The position numbers and the translations under genes are program-made. The notes beneath the pieces were generated by a model. It was not told the DNA's origin. It made no database searches and saw only the letters and a program-made list of their open reading frames with translations. Positions 19,317 to 27,986 of a stretch of 53,639 nt of DNA are shown here, piece after piece. Location of the stretch: positions 1-53,639 of the forward strand of contig CAZEXG010000002.1 of NCBI GenBank assembly GCA_964516665.1, in the 5' to 3' direction. This DNA comes from an uncultured Gammaproteobacteria bacterium (GTDB taxonomy: Bacteria; Patescibacteriota; Microgenomatia; UBA12405). Position 1 is the first letter of the stretch. Each line of letters opens with the position of its first letter.

Positions 19317-20369
19317 ATGACCTTTGTTTACATCCTCTTAATTTTAATTTTCTTTGCCGTTCTTTATTTCATCTATCTTCAAAAAACGAGTAAGCCGAGT
19401 GAAATTGATTTATCCAAAGCCATTGATACTTTGGTCAAACAATCCAACGATAAATTAAACGACAAAAATCTTCAAATTCAAACCGATCTTTCCAACAAAA
19501 AAGATGCTATCGAGAGAATGATTAAACAGGTGCAGGAGCAGCTGACCACTGTGGAAAAAGAAAGAATCGGCACCTTTACCAATCTTCGTGATGCTATCGA
19601 AAATAATGTCAAATTAACCAAAGAATTATCCGATACCACTGAAGGTTTAAAAAGAGTTTTAAGCAACAATCAACAACGTGGCGCCTTTGGCGAAAAAGTG
19701 GCCGAAGATTTATTAAAAATGTCCGGTTTTGTTATCGGTACCGACTACACCCGCCAGGAAAGTACCGGCGAAGCCCGTCCCGATTTTACCCTCTACCTTC
19801 CCGACAAAACTAAAATCAACATCGACTCTAAATTTCCCTACGCCAACATTGTCAAAATGAGCGAGGCCAATACTGCTGATCAAAAAACTCAGTTTAAAAA
19901 ACTTTTCGAACAGGATATTAAAAAGAAAATTTCTGATGTTACCTCCCGAAATTACATTAATCCCGAAGACAACACTGTTGATTTTGTCATTCTATTTATT
20001 CCCAACGAAATGATTTTTTCCTTCATCTACGAATCTTTCCCAGATGTATGGCAGGATGCTCTCAATCGCAAGGTGGTCATGACCGGTCCTTTTTCTTTTA
20101 CCGCCATTTTACGTATGGTCAAACAAGCTTACGAAAATTTCCGTTTTCAAAAAAATGTTCAGGGGATAATTACTCAAATTAAAATCTTTGGTACCGAGTT
20201 TGAAAAATATAACGAAGAATTCACTAAAATCGGCGATCGCATTGAATCTCTCCATAAACAATACGATGAAGTCAACAATACCCGTTCCAAAAAACTTCAA
20301 AAAGTTGTCGACAAAATTAATATTGAAGACAAATCTTCATCTTCTCATTTACCCCTTGACACTAATTAG
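19317..20369 (+). CDS. rmuC: DNA recombination protein RmuC
   Basis: 350 aa. N-terminal TM, coiled coil, then RPDFTLYLPD...INIDSKFP...VDFVILFIPNE, typical of RmuC. Confidence 0.85.
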   Translation: MTFVYILLILIFFAVLYFIYLQKTSKPSEIDLSKAIDTLVKQSNDKLNDKNLQIQTDLSNKKDAIERMIKQVQEQLTTVEKERIGTFTNLRDAIENNVKLTKELSDTTEGLKRVLSNNQQRGAFGEKVAEDLLKMSGFVIGTDYTRQESTGEARPDFTLYLPDKTKINIDSKFPYANIVKMSEANTADQKTQFKKLFEQDIKKKISDVTSRNYINPEDNTVDFVILFIPNEMIFSFIYESFPDVWQDALNRKVVMTGPFSFTAILRMVKQAYENFRFQKNVQGIITQIKIFGTEFEKYNEEFTKIGDRIESLHKQYDEVNNTRSKKLQKVVDKINIEDKSSSSHLPLDTN

Positions 20370-20384
20370 CAGTCAGCATATTAT
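20356..20384 (+). promoter_or_regulatory. Sigma70-like promoter TTGACA-N17-TATTAT for the hrcA operon
   Basis: TTGACA at 20356-20361 (inside the last codons of rmuC), an exact 17-nt spacer, TATTAT at 20379-20384. ATG at 20394. Confidence 0.55.
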
Positions 20385-20392
20385 ACTGCTAA
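20366..20392 (+). promoter_or_regulatory. CIRCE-like HrcA operator (9-N9-9 inverted repeat)
   Basis: TTAGCAGTC-AGCATATTA-TACTGCTAA versus the consensus TTAGCACTC-N9-GAGTGCTAA. TTAGCAGT and ACTGCTAA are perfect reverse complements. Confidence 0.7.
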
Positions 20393-20393
20393 T

Positions 20394-21134
20394 ATGGCTG
20401 ACCTAACTCAACGTCAAATCAAACTTCTTAAGTGTATTACTGAAGAATTCATTGAATCCGCCGCTCCTGTAGGTTCAGAAACTTTGGAACGAAAATACAA
20501 TCTCGGTATTTCCTCTGCCACTATCAGAAATGAAATGGCTGCCCTTACTCAATTAGGTTTCCTCAAAAAAGGCCATCTTTCTGCTGGCCGTTGCCCCACT
20601 TCTATGGGTCTCAAATACTACGTTCGTAACCTTATTACCCCCAAAAATATGTCGGTTAGCGAGGAAATTGGGGTCAAAGAAAAAGTTTGGAACTACCGCA
20701 ACGAATTTGAAAAACTTCTCAAAGAAACCACTCGTGAATTAGCTCAAAAAACCCGTTCTCTGGCTATTTCTACTACCGACCAGGGTTCTATTTACAGCTA
20801 CGGTGCTTCAAATTTGCTTGAAGAACCCGAATTTTACAATATCGACGTTACTAAAACCGTCCTCTCCTTGCTCGATAACCCTAATTTTTGGTTTGAAATC
20901 GTCAATAAAGCCGGTCTCAACAATGAAGAAGTTACTTCTCAAACCATTCATCTTTTAGTTGGTGAAGATTTGGGTATGGAACATCTTGAACCTTGTGGTT
21001 TTGTTTATCAAAGTTATCAAGCCGGTCCTCATCGCGGTATTGTCGGCGTCATTGGCCCTGCCCGCGTCCACTATCAAGTGGTCATTCCGGTCGTTGATTA
21101 TTTTGCCGAGCTAATCTCCACCATTACCCGTTAA
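20394..21134 (+). CDS. hrcA: Heat-inducible transcription repressor HrcA (short form, 246 aa)
   Basis: N-terminal winged-helix pattern ...PVGSETL.....LGISSATIRNEMAALTQLGFL.K.H.SAGR.PT. Sits in the canonical hrcA-grpE-dnaK position. Confidence 0.85.
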   Translation: MADLTQRQIKLLKCITEEFIESAAPVGSETLERKYNLGISSATIRNEMAALTQLGFLKKGHLSAGRCPTSMGLKYYVRNLITPKNMSVSEEIGVKEKVWNYRNEFEKLLKETTRELAQKTRSLAISTTDQGSIYSYGASNLLEEPEFYNIDVTKTVLSLLDNPNFWFEIVNKAGLNNEEVTSQTIHLLVGEDLGMEHLEPCGFVYQSYQAGPHRGIVGVIGPARVHYQVVIPVVDYFAELISTITR

Positions 21135-21141
21135 TTTCTTT

Positions 21142-21609
21142 ATGACTCATTCAAAAAACACTAAAAAGAAAGAAAACTTTGGTCTCGAAAAGGCCAAACT
21201 TGAACAACGAATTAAAGAATTAGAAGACAAATTAGCCCGTTCTTTGGCTGATTATGCTAATCTTGAAAAAAGACACGGTGAACAGCACCAACTTTTTGCC
21301 ACTCTAGCAATTACCTCTTTCATTACTCAAATGCTCGAGGTTCTTGATGATTTACTCCTAGCTTATCAACACTTACCTGATCCCGGTTTGAAGATGGCTC
21401 TTGACCATTTTCTTTCTGTCCTTAAAAATCAGGGCTTAGAGGAAGTCAAAGCCAAAGACGAATCCTTTAATCCGGAATGTATGGAATGCGTTGCCTCCGT
21501 TGACGGCGACAACAATAAAGTTATCGAAGTAAAACGGCCTGGCTATTTACTTAACGGTCAGTGTCTTCGTCCGGCCCAAGTTTTTGTCGGAAAAACAGTT
21601 AAAAATTAA
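21142..21609 (+). CDS. grpE: Nucleotide exchange factor GrpE (short, 155 aa)
   Basis: Coiled-coil N-terminus, LEVLDDL..A motif, and position between hrcA and dnaK. Confidence 0.85.
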   Translation: MTHSKNTKKKENFGLEKAKLEQRIKELEDKLARSLADYANLEKRHGEQHQLFATLAITSFITQMLEVLDDLLLAYQHLPDPGLKMALDHFLSVLKNQGLEEVKAKDESFNPECMECVASVDGDNNKVIEVKRPGYLLNGQCLRPAQVFVGKTVKN

Positions 21610-21646
21610 TCATTTATAAATTATTTTTTAAAAATTACACACCCAT

Positions 21647-23563
21647 ATGTCAAACAAAATTATCGGCATTGATTTAGGTACTACCAATTCCTGCGTCGCT
21701 GTTATGGAGGCGGGAAATCCCAAAGTTATTTTAACCAGCGAAGGTCGCAATACCATTCCTTCTATTGTTGAACCGGTCAAAAAATTGGTCGGTGATTTGG
21801 CCAAAAGACAAATGGTTCTTAACCCTGGCAACACCATTTACAGCATTAAACGTCTTATGGGTCGCCGTATCGACGATCCTGAAGTTGAAAAAACCAAAAA
21901 GATTGCTCCTTACAAAATTGTCGCCGGTAAAGACAATATGGCTGCTGTTGAAATTGAGGGTAAAATCTATACCCCTCAAGAAATTTCAGCCATGATTCTG
22001 CAAAAAGCCAAAGCTGATGCCGAAAGATATTTAGGTGAAAAAATCACTGAAGCTGTTATTACTGTTCCTGCCTATTTCGACGACTCTCAGCGTCAGGCCA
22101 CTAAACAAGCTGGAGAAATTGCCGGTCTTACCGTTAAAAGAATTGTTAACGAACCGACCGCTTCCGCCTTAGCCTATGGTTTAGACAAAAAGAAAAAAGG
22201 AATTGTCGCCGTTTATGATCTTGGCGGTGGCACTTTTGATATTTCCATTTTGGAAATTGGTGATGGTGTTTTCGAAGTTAAAGCCACCAATGGTAATACT
22301 TTCCTTGGCGGTGACGATTTTGATCATCGTATCGCCGATTGGCTTTTAGAAAATTTCCAAAAAGAACAAGGTGTCGATCTGAGCAAAGACCCTCAAGCTT
22401 TACAGCGTGTCCGCGAGGCAGCCGAAAAAGCTAAGATCGAGCTTTCTTCTACTCTCGAAACGGAAATTAATTTGCCCTTTATTACCCAGAAAAACAATGA
22501 ACCTCTTCATTTGACTGCCAAATTAACCCGTTCTGAACTGGAAAAAATGGTTGATGATCTTATCCAGGACAGCATTAAACCGGTAGAAAAATGTTTGAAA
22601 GATGCTGGACTATCCAAAGATGAAGTCACTGATGTGGTTATGGTCGGCGGTATGACCCGTATGCCCAAAGTCGTTGAAGTGGTTAAAAATTTCTTTGGCA
22701 AAGAGCCCAATACTACCGTTAATCCTGATGAAGTAGTCGCTATTGGTGCTGCCGTCCAGGGTGCTGTTTTAACCGGTGAAGTCAAAGACATCGTCCTTCT
22801 GGACGTTACTCCTCTGACCCTGGGTATCGAAACTGCCGGTGGTGTCCGCACTCCTTTAATTGATCGCAATACCACTGTTCCTACCAAAAAATCCCAAATT
22901 TTTACCACTTACTCTGACAATCAGCCCCAGGTGGAAATTAATGTTTTACAGGGTGAACGGCCCATGGCTGCCGACAATAAATCCCTTGGTCGTTTCATTT
23001 TAGATGGTATTGCCCCGGCTTCCCGTGGCACTCCTCAAATCGAGGTTACCTTCGATATTGATACCAACGGTATTCTTAGTGTTTCCGCTAAGGATAAAGG
23101 CACCAGTAAAGAACAAAAAATTACCATTCAAAATGCCACCAATTTATCTGAAGAGGAAGTTAAAAAGATGCAGGCCGATGCTGAAATGCACGCCCGTGAA
23201 GACGAAGAAAAACATTCTTTGGTTGAATCCAAAAACCGTCTCGATACTGCTCTCTTTAGCGGCGAAAAAAGCCTCAAAGATTTTGGTGACAAAGTAAAAG
23301 CCGAAGATAAGGCAAAAATCGAGGAAAAAATTAAAGCAGGTAAAGAACTTCTAGCCAAAGCTGACGCCAAAAAAGATGAATATGATAAATTCATCGAAGA
23401 ATTTAATCAAATCCTTCAGGTCGTCGGCCAAGCCGTTTATGGGCAACAAGCTCAAGCAGGCCAGCCCGGTCAACCCGGTCCCGAAACCACCGAAGCTCCC
23501 AAATCCGAAGACAAGAAATCTGAGGACAACAAGGATGCTGAAGAAGGGGAAATCGTTAAATAA
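21647..23563 (+). CDS. dnaK: Chaperone DnaK (Hsp70)
   Basis: [37 protein letters not shown], and an acidic C-terminal tail. Confidence 0.98.
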   Translation: MSNKIIGIDLGTTNSCVAVMEAGNPKVILTSEGRNTIPSIVEPVKKLVGDLAKRQMVLNPGNTIYSIKRLMGRRIDDPEVEKTKKIAPYKIVAGKDNMAAVEIEGKIYTPQEISAMILQKAKADAERYLGEKITEAVITVPAYFDDSQRQATKQAGEIAGLTVKRIVNEPTASALAYGLDKKKKGIVAVYDLGGGTFDISILEIGDGVFEVKATNGNTFLGGDDFDHRIADWLLENFQKEQGVDLSKDPQALQRVREAAEKAKIELSSTLETEINLPFITQKNNEPLHLTAKLTRSELEKMVDDLIQDSIKPVEKCLKDAGLSKDEVTDVVMVGGMTRMPKVVEVVKNFFGKEPNTTVNPDEVVAIGAAVQGAVLTGEVKDIVLLDVTPLTLGIETAGGVRTPLIDRNTTVPTKKSQIFTTYSDNQPQVEINVLQGERPMAADNKSLGRFILDGIAPASRGTPQIEVTFDIDTNGILSVSAKDKGTSKEQKITIQNATNLSEEEVKKMQADAEMHAREDEEKHSLVESKNRLDTALFSGEKSLKDFGDKVKAEDKAKIEEKIKAGKELLAKADAKKDEYDKFIEEFNQILQVVGQAVYGQQAQAGQPGQPGPETTEAPKSEDKKSEDNKDAEEGEIVK

Positions 23564-23577
23564 AAACTATTAAAGAT

Positions 23578-23605
23578 GTAGAGACGCGATTAATCGCGTC
23601 TCTAC
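23578..23605 (+). promoter_or_regulatory. 28-bp perfect palindrome (dnaK 3' hairpin and/or operator)
   Basis: GTAGAGACGCGATTAATCGCGTCTCTAC equals its own reverse complement. No T-tract follows. TATAAT lies at 23615-23620, 10 nt downstream. Confidence 0.55.
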
Positions 23606-23631
23606 CTCTCGCGATATAATACACAAATATC

Positions 23632-24018
23632 ATGGCCACTCCAGAAAATAAAAGAAATCCTGATTTAGTTCGCGTTGAGCCTAAAAAACTCACAAGCAAT
23701 GAAAAAGCTGCCTTTTTTGGTCAGAAAGCTTGGGAGATGTCTGTCCGAACCTTAGTTTATTATGGCGAAGATGGGGAAAAACTTGCTTCATTCCATGCCG
23801 CTGCCATTAATAATTTTATTCCTCTTCTGGAAGGGATTCCTGGCGAACTAGAAGTGTTTGGAAACGGAGATAAAAGGTTTCTAATTGGATTTAAAGCTGT
23901 GTATACACACCTGGACCAGGTTATTACCCTGGCTAATGATTGGTTAAAAGAGCAAGCAATTCAGGAAATTCCTCAACTACCATCCATCGATGACATGATT
24001 CCTGATTGGTTAAAATAA
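23632..24018 (+). CDS. Hypothetical protein, 128 aa, between dnaK and dnaJ
   Basis: Intact ORF. Its stop is 2 nt before the dnaJ ATG. No recognisable motif. Confidence 0.55.
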   Translation: MATPENKRNPDLVRVEPKKLTSNEKAAFFGQKAWEMSVRTLVYYGEDGEKLASFHAAAINNFIPLLEGIPGELEVFGNGDKRFLIGFKAVYTHLDQVITLANDWLKEQAIQEIPQLPSIDDMIPDWLK

Positions 24019-24020
24019 AC

Positions 24021-24881
24021 ATGAAACACGATTATTACGAAACTTTGGGTGTCAGTAAAGGTGCTTCGAAAGAGGAGATCAAATCCGCCTACCGCAAAAA
24101 GGCCCTAGAATGGCACCCAGATCGTAATAAATCTCCCGATGCTGAGGAAAAATTTAAAGAAATTAACGAAGCTTACGAAATCCTCAGTAATGAACAAAAG
24201 AAAAGTGCCTACGATCAATTTGGCCATGCCGCTTTTGATCCTAACGCCGGCGGCTTTGGTGGCCATACTTACACCCAGCAAAATGGCCCCTTTAACTTTA
24301 CCTGGCAATCTTCCAATGGTGGTCAGGGTGCTGATTTTGATTTTGGCGGTTTTTCCAATCCTTTTGACATTTTTGAACAATTTTTTGGCGGTGCCGGTTC
24401 TTTTAATTTTGGGGCTCAATCTCGTCGTCAGCTTCCAACTTATAAAATTAGCCTTAGCTTTTTAGATGCCGCCCTAGGTTGTGAAAAAGAAGTCGACATT
24501 GATGGTCACCGCCAAAAAATCAAAATTCCCGCCGGGGTTGACGATGGTCAGAGGATCAAATTTACCAATTTTTATCTCTATATCGACGTTCAACCTGATA
24601 AAACCTTTAAACGTGATGGCAATGATGTCTATCTTATTCAAAATATTTCCTTAACTCAGGCAATTTTAGGTGATGTCATTGAAGTTCCTACCTTAGATGG
24701 AAAATTAAAAGTTCGGGTTAAATCGGGCACTCAACCCAACACTCTTGTTCGTCTTCGTGGCCAGGGTATCAAAGATGTTACCGGTTACGGCCGTGGTGAT
24801 TTTTATATTCGTCTTAATGTTGTCATTCCCTCCCGCCTTTCTCTTAAACAAAAACAATTGATCAAAGAATTGGGATTATAA
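24021..24881 (+). CDS. dnaJ: DnaJ-family co-chaperone lacking the Cys-rich zinc-finger domain (class B / CbpA-like architecture)
   Basis: J domain (DYYETLGV...[13 protein letters not shown]), a G/F-rich region, then directly the beta-sandwich C-terminal domains. No CxxCxGxG repeats. Start placed at ATG 24021 (MKHDYY). Confidence 0.85.
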   Translation: MKHDYYETLGVSKGASKEEIKSAYRKKALEWHPDRNKSPDAEEKFKEINEAYEILSNEQKKSAYDQFGHAAFDPNAGGFGGHTYTQQNGPFNFTWQSSNGGQGADFDFGGFSNPFDIFEQFFGGAGSFNFGAQSRRQLPTYKISLSFLDAALGCEKEVDIDGHRQKIKIPAGVDDGQRIKFTNFYLYIDVQPDKTFKRDGNDVYLIQNISLTQAILGDVIEVPTLDGKLKVRVKSGTQPNTLVRLRGQGIKDVTGYGRGDFYIRLNVVIPSRLSLKQKQLIKELGL

Positions 24882-25346
24882 AACCCTCTTCCCTCTCCCG
24901 ATAAATCGTGATCGGGCATTCTCCCTTGAAAAGGGAGAAAATACTAACTCATTTTCTCGATCTTTAATTATTATTAATAATTCCCTAAAGATTTCATCGA
25001 TTTCATTTAAAACCTGTGCATTTGTGAATCTAACTGTTTTTATGCCTCTAACTTCCATATACCAATCACGATTTTTATCTTGCCAATACTTTTTATCATG
25101 AGAATCCCCATCAATTTCAATTGCTAATAATAATTTAGAACAATAAAAATCAAGAATATATTTTCCTATTGGTTTTTGTCTTAAAAATTTTTGTTTGATT
25201 TTTCGATTTTTTAATATCATTTTCCACATTTTATATTCGCCATCAGTTGGATTTTTCCGGTTATTTCTCGATAGAATTCTTAATTCTTCTAAATATTTAA
25301 TATTTTTTCTTTGAGTTCTAACTTCAACTGGAGTAATATATTTCAC
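24876..25346 (-). CDS. DUF559 (Vsr-like) endonuclease-domain protein
   Basis: 156 aa. ...[31 protein letters not shown]...[17 protein letters not shown] fits the DUF559 pattern. Overlaps the dnaJ 3' end by 6 nt, convergently. Confidence 0.8.
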   Translation of the reverse strand: MKYITPVEVRTQRKNIKYLEELRILSRNNRKNPTDGEYKMWKMILKNRKIKQKFLRQKPIGKYILDFYCSKLLLAIEIDGDSHDKKYWQDKNRDWYMEVRGIKTVRFTNAQVLNEIDEIFRELLIIIKDRENELVFSPFSRENARSRFIGRGKRVL

Positions 25347-25415
25347 ACACTAATTATCTTGGTATTTTTCCCATTTTCAAGGGGAGATTCGGCGAAGCCG
25401 AGTGGGGTTTAAACG

Positions 25416-25424
25416 TGTTATAAT
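25416..25424 (+). promoter_or_regulatory. Extended -10 promoter TGTTATAAT upstream of nusA
   Basis: TG-n-TATAAT at 25416-25424, 72 nt before the nusA ATG. Confidence 0.45.
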
Positions 25425-25453
25425 AGCCAAGTTAAATCTGTGGTATTCGGAAT

Positions 25454-25482
25454 GGGGACCGGCGTGTCCCCCTTTTTGTTTT
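25454..25482 (+). terminator. Intrinsic-terminator-like hairpin in the nusA leader (candidate attenuator)
   Basis: GGGGAC-CGGCGT-GTCCCC followed by CTTTTTGTTTT. It lies between the TGTTATAAT promoter and the nusA ATG (25497). Confidence 0.55.
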
Positions 25483-25496
25483 ACCAAAAGGAAAAT

Positions 25497-26486
25497 ATGG
25501 ATATAAAAAGACTACCAAAAACTGAATTTGCCGCTGCCGTGGCTCAAATTGCTGGAGAGCGCAACATTGACCCTCAAGAGATCATTGACGCCATTCAGGA
25601 AGGTTTAGTTTCTGCCTATAAACGGGATCAAAAAGAACATGGCATTATAGTTCCGGAAGAAGCCGAATTCGATGTCGAATTAGCTCCTGAATCCGGTTCC
25701 TTTGCTATTTTTGAATTGGATGGCGACAAAAAGAAAAATGTTACCCCTCCTGGTTTCGGTCGCATTGCCGCCCAAACTGCCAAACAGGTCATTGATCAAA
25801 AAATCCACGAAGTTGAAAGAGATACAATCATTGCTGAATATCAGCAAAAAACCGGTACTCTCATCCCCGGTGTCATTCTCAGAATTGATCCTTATAAAAT
25901 GACCGTTGGTATCGGTAAAACTGAAGGTATTCTTCCCAAAGAAGAACAAATTAAAAACGAAGCTCTCTTTTTGGGTGCTAAAAAATTGTTCTTAATTAAG
26001 GAAATTAACGAAGATCAAGTCACTGGCCGCAAGGATATTATCCTTTCCCGTCGTGATCCTGAATTTATCAGACAACTTTTTATTCGCGAAGTTCCCGAAG
26101 TCGGTAATCGTACCGTTATTGTCGAAAAAGTTGCCAGAAGTGCCGGAGAAAGAACCAAAGTTGCCGTTAGCAGTTCTCAGAGCGGAATTGACCCTGTCGG
26201 TTCCTGTATTGGTCAAAAAGGTTCCCGGATTCAATCTGTTTTAAATGAACTTCCTTCTGAAGAAAAAGTTGACGTTGTTGCTTTTGCTAAAAACAAAACT
26301 CAGTTCATCGTTAATGCCCTTTCCCCAGCTCAAGGAGTCAATGTCACTTCTCTTAAAGACACTTTAGCTCTGGTTGAAGTTCCGGAAGATCAGCTAGCCC
26401 TGGCAATTGGTGCCGGTGGCGAAAATGTTCGCTTGGCTGGAATCCTCACTGACACTGACATCAAAGTTAGTGCTGCCAAACAATAA
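25497..26486 (+). CDS. nusA: Transcription termination/antitermination factor NusA
   Basis: N-terminal domain, S1 and two KH domains (GSCIGQKGSRIQ, AIGAGGENVRLA). Start placed at ATG 25497 (MDIKRLPK), not the GTG at 25440 that would run through the leader hairpin. Confidence 0.9.
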   Translation: MDIKRLPKTEFAAAVAQIAGERNIDPQEIIDAIQEGLVSAYKRDQKEHGIIVPEEAEFDVELAPESGSFAIFELDGDKKKNVTPPGFGRIAAQTAKQVIDQKIHEVERDTIIAEYQQKTGTLIPGVILRIDPYKMTVGIGKTEGILPKEEQIKNEALFLGAKKLFLIKEINEDQVTGRKDIILSRRDPEFIRQLFIREVPEVGNRTVIVEKVARSAGERTKVAVSSSQSGIDPVGSCIGQKGSRIQSVLNELPSEEKVDVVAFAKNKTQFIVNALSPAQGVNVTSLKDTLALVEVPEDQLALAIGAGGENVRLAGILTDTDIKVSAAKQ

Positions 26487-26495
26487 TTACTTTTT

Positions 26496-26526
26496 CAGAG
26501 GCCAAATTTAAACGGGCCTCTGTTTT
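26496..26526 (+). terminator. Hairpin plus short T-run between nusA and infB
   Basis: CAGAGGCC-N11-GGCCTCTG followed by TTTT. Confidence 0.5.
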
Positions 26527-26540
26527 ACTAAAATAAAAAT

Positions 26541-27986
26541 ATGACCGCAAATTCGGCAAATAAATATCGTCCACCCATTGTCGCCGTTATGGGTCATATT
26601 GACCATGGCAAAACTACTCTTTTAGATCGAATCCGCAATGCCAACGTGGCTAAAAAGGAATCCGGTGGTATTACCCAACATATTTCTTCATATCAATGTG
26701 AAGTTAAATTAAAAAACGGCAAAATAGCTCCCATTACTTTTATCGATACTCCCGGCCATGCTGCTTTTTGTTCCATGCGGGCTCGGGGTGCCAATGTTAC
26801 TGATATTGCCGTTTTGGTCATTTCCGCCGTCGATGGCGTTATGGCTCAAACCAAAGAATGCATTAAAGAAATAAAAGATGCCAATATTCCGGTTATTGTT
26901 GCCCTAACTAAATACGATCTAGACAGTCGTCAGCCGGAAATGGTCAAGGGTCAGTTGGTTGAAATGGATTTAACTCCCGAGGAATATGGTGGTCAAACCG
27001 CCGTCGTCCCCCTTTCTGCCAAAACCGGGCAGGGGATTGATGACCTTTTAGATCTAATTGCTCTTAATGCCGAAATCATGGAATTAACAGACGACAGGGA
27101 TGCTCCTCTTGAAGCCGTCGTTATCGAATCAAAGCTGGATAAAAACCGTGGTCCTTTGGCTTCAGTTATCGTCAAAAAAGGTACTCTCAAAATTGGTGAT
27201 CAAATTTTTGCCGAAACTATCCCAGCCAAAGTAAAAGCCTTAGTTGGCAGCAATGGTCTTAATCTTTCCCAAGCCCTTCCCAGTACTCCGGTAGAAATCC
27301 TCGGTTTTGAAAAAGTACCTACAGTTGGGTCAATTATCACCAATCGCCCCGCCGAAGCACCGTCTTTAGCCGCCCCTCTCTCTGAAGCCGCTTCTCTCGA
27401 TCCCGACTCACCTCGTCTCAATGTTGTTCTTAAAGCCGATGTTGAAGGAACTTTGGAAGCAATCAAAAATAGCCTAAGTAATGATGTTAATCTTATTTTT
27501 GCCGGCGTTGGTCCTGTTACCGACAATGATGTCGTCGCTGCCAAAACTTCTCAGGCTAAAATTTACGCCTTCAATGTTCCGGTCAACAAAAGTATTAAAA
27601 ACTTGGCCGATAATGAACAGGTCAAAATTTTTGAATCTAAAATTATCTACGAAATCATTGAAGATATCCAATCTCGGGTACTAAAAATGCTCGATCCAAC
27701 CATTGAAGAAACTATTTTAGGCGAGGCCTCTATCATTGCCGAATTCAAAATCGAAAAAGTCCGTATTGCTGGCTTAAAAATCACCAAAGGTGAAATGAGC
27801 AAAGGCGATCTGGTTCATCTCCTTCGTGATGGCAAAATCATCAAAAATACCACTATCGAAGGCATCCATCAGGCGAAAAACATAATTGACAAAATTAAGC
27901 TCGGCAACGAGTGTGGTATGACCTTCCGCCCTTATGTTGACTTTAAGTTAAATGATGTTATAATAGCCTATAAGAATTCAAAATGA
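26541..27986 (+). CDS. infB: Translation initiation factor IF-2 (short form without the long N-terminal region)
   Basis: [31 protein letters not shown]. 481 aa starting almost at the G domain. Confidence 0.95.
   Translation: MTANSANKYRPPIVAVMGHIDHGKTTLLDRIRNANVAKKESGGITQHISSYQCEVKLKNGKIAPITFIDTPGHAAFCSMRARGANVTDIAVLVISAVDGVMAQTKECIKEIKDANIPVIVALTKYDLDSRQPEMVKGQLVEMDLTPEEYGGQTAVVPLSAKTGQGIDDLLDLIALNAEIMELTDDRDAPLEAVVIESKLDKNRGPLASVIVKKGTLKIGDQIFAETIPAKVKALVGSNGLNLSQALPSTPVEILGFEKVPTVGSIITNRPAEAPSLAAPLSEAASLDPDSPRLNVVLKADVEGTLEAIKNSLSNDVNLIFAGVGPVTDNDVVAAKTSQAKIYAFNVPVNKSIKNLADNEQVKIFESKIIYEIIEDIQSRVLKMLDPTIEETILGEASIIAEFKIEKVRIAGLKITKGEMSKGDLVHLLRDGKIIKNTTIEGIHQAKNIIDKIKLGNECGMTFRPYVDFKLNDVIIAYKNSK

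Noticed and set aside
20394-21134. hrcA as a truncated pseudogene
   Set aside because: It is short (246 aa) but the ORF is intact. It retains the N-terminal winged-helix and a C-terminal segment ending normally 7 nt before grpE, and it has a matching CIRCE operator. It is more likely a minimised functional form.
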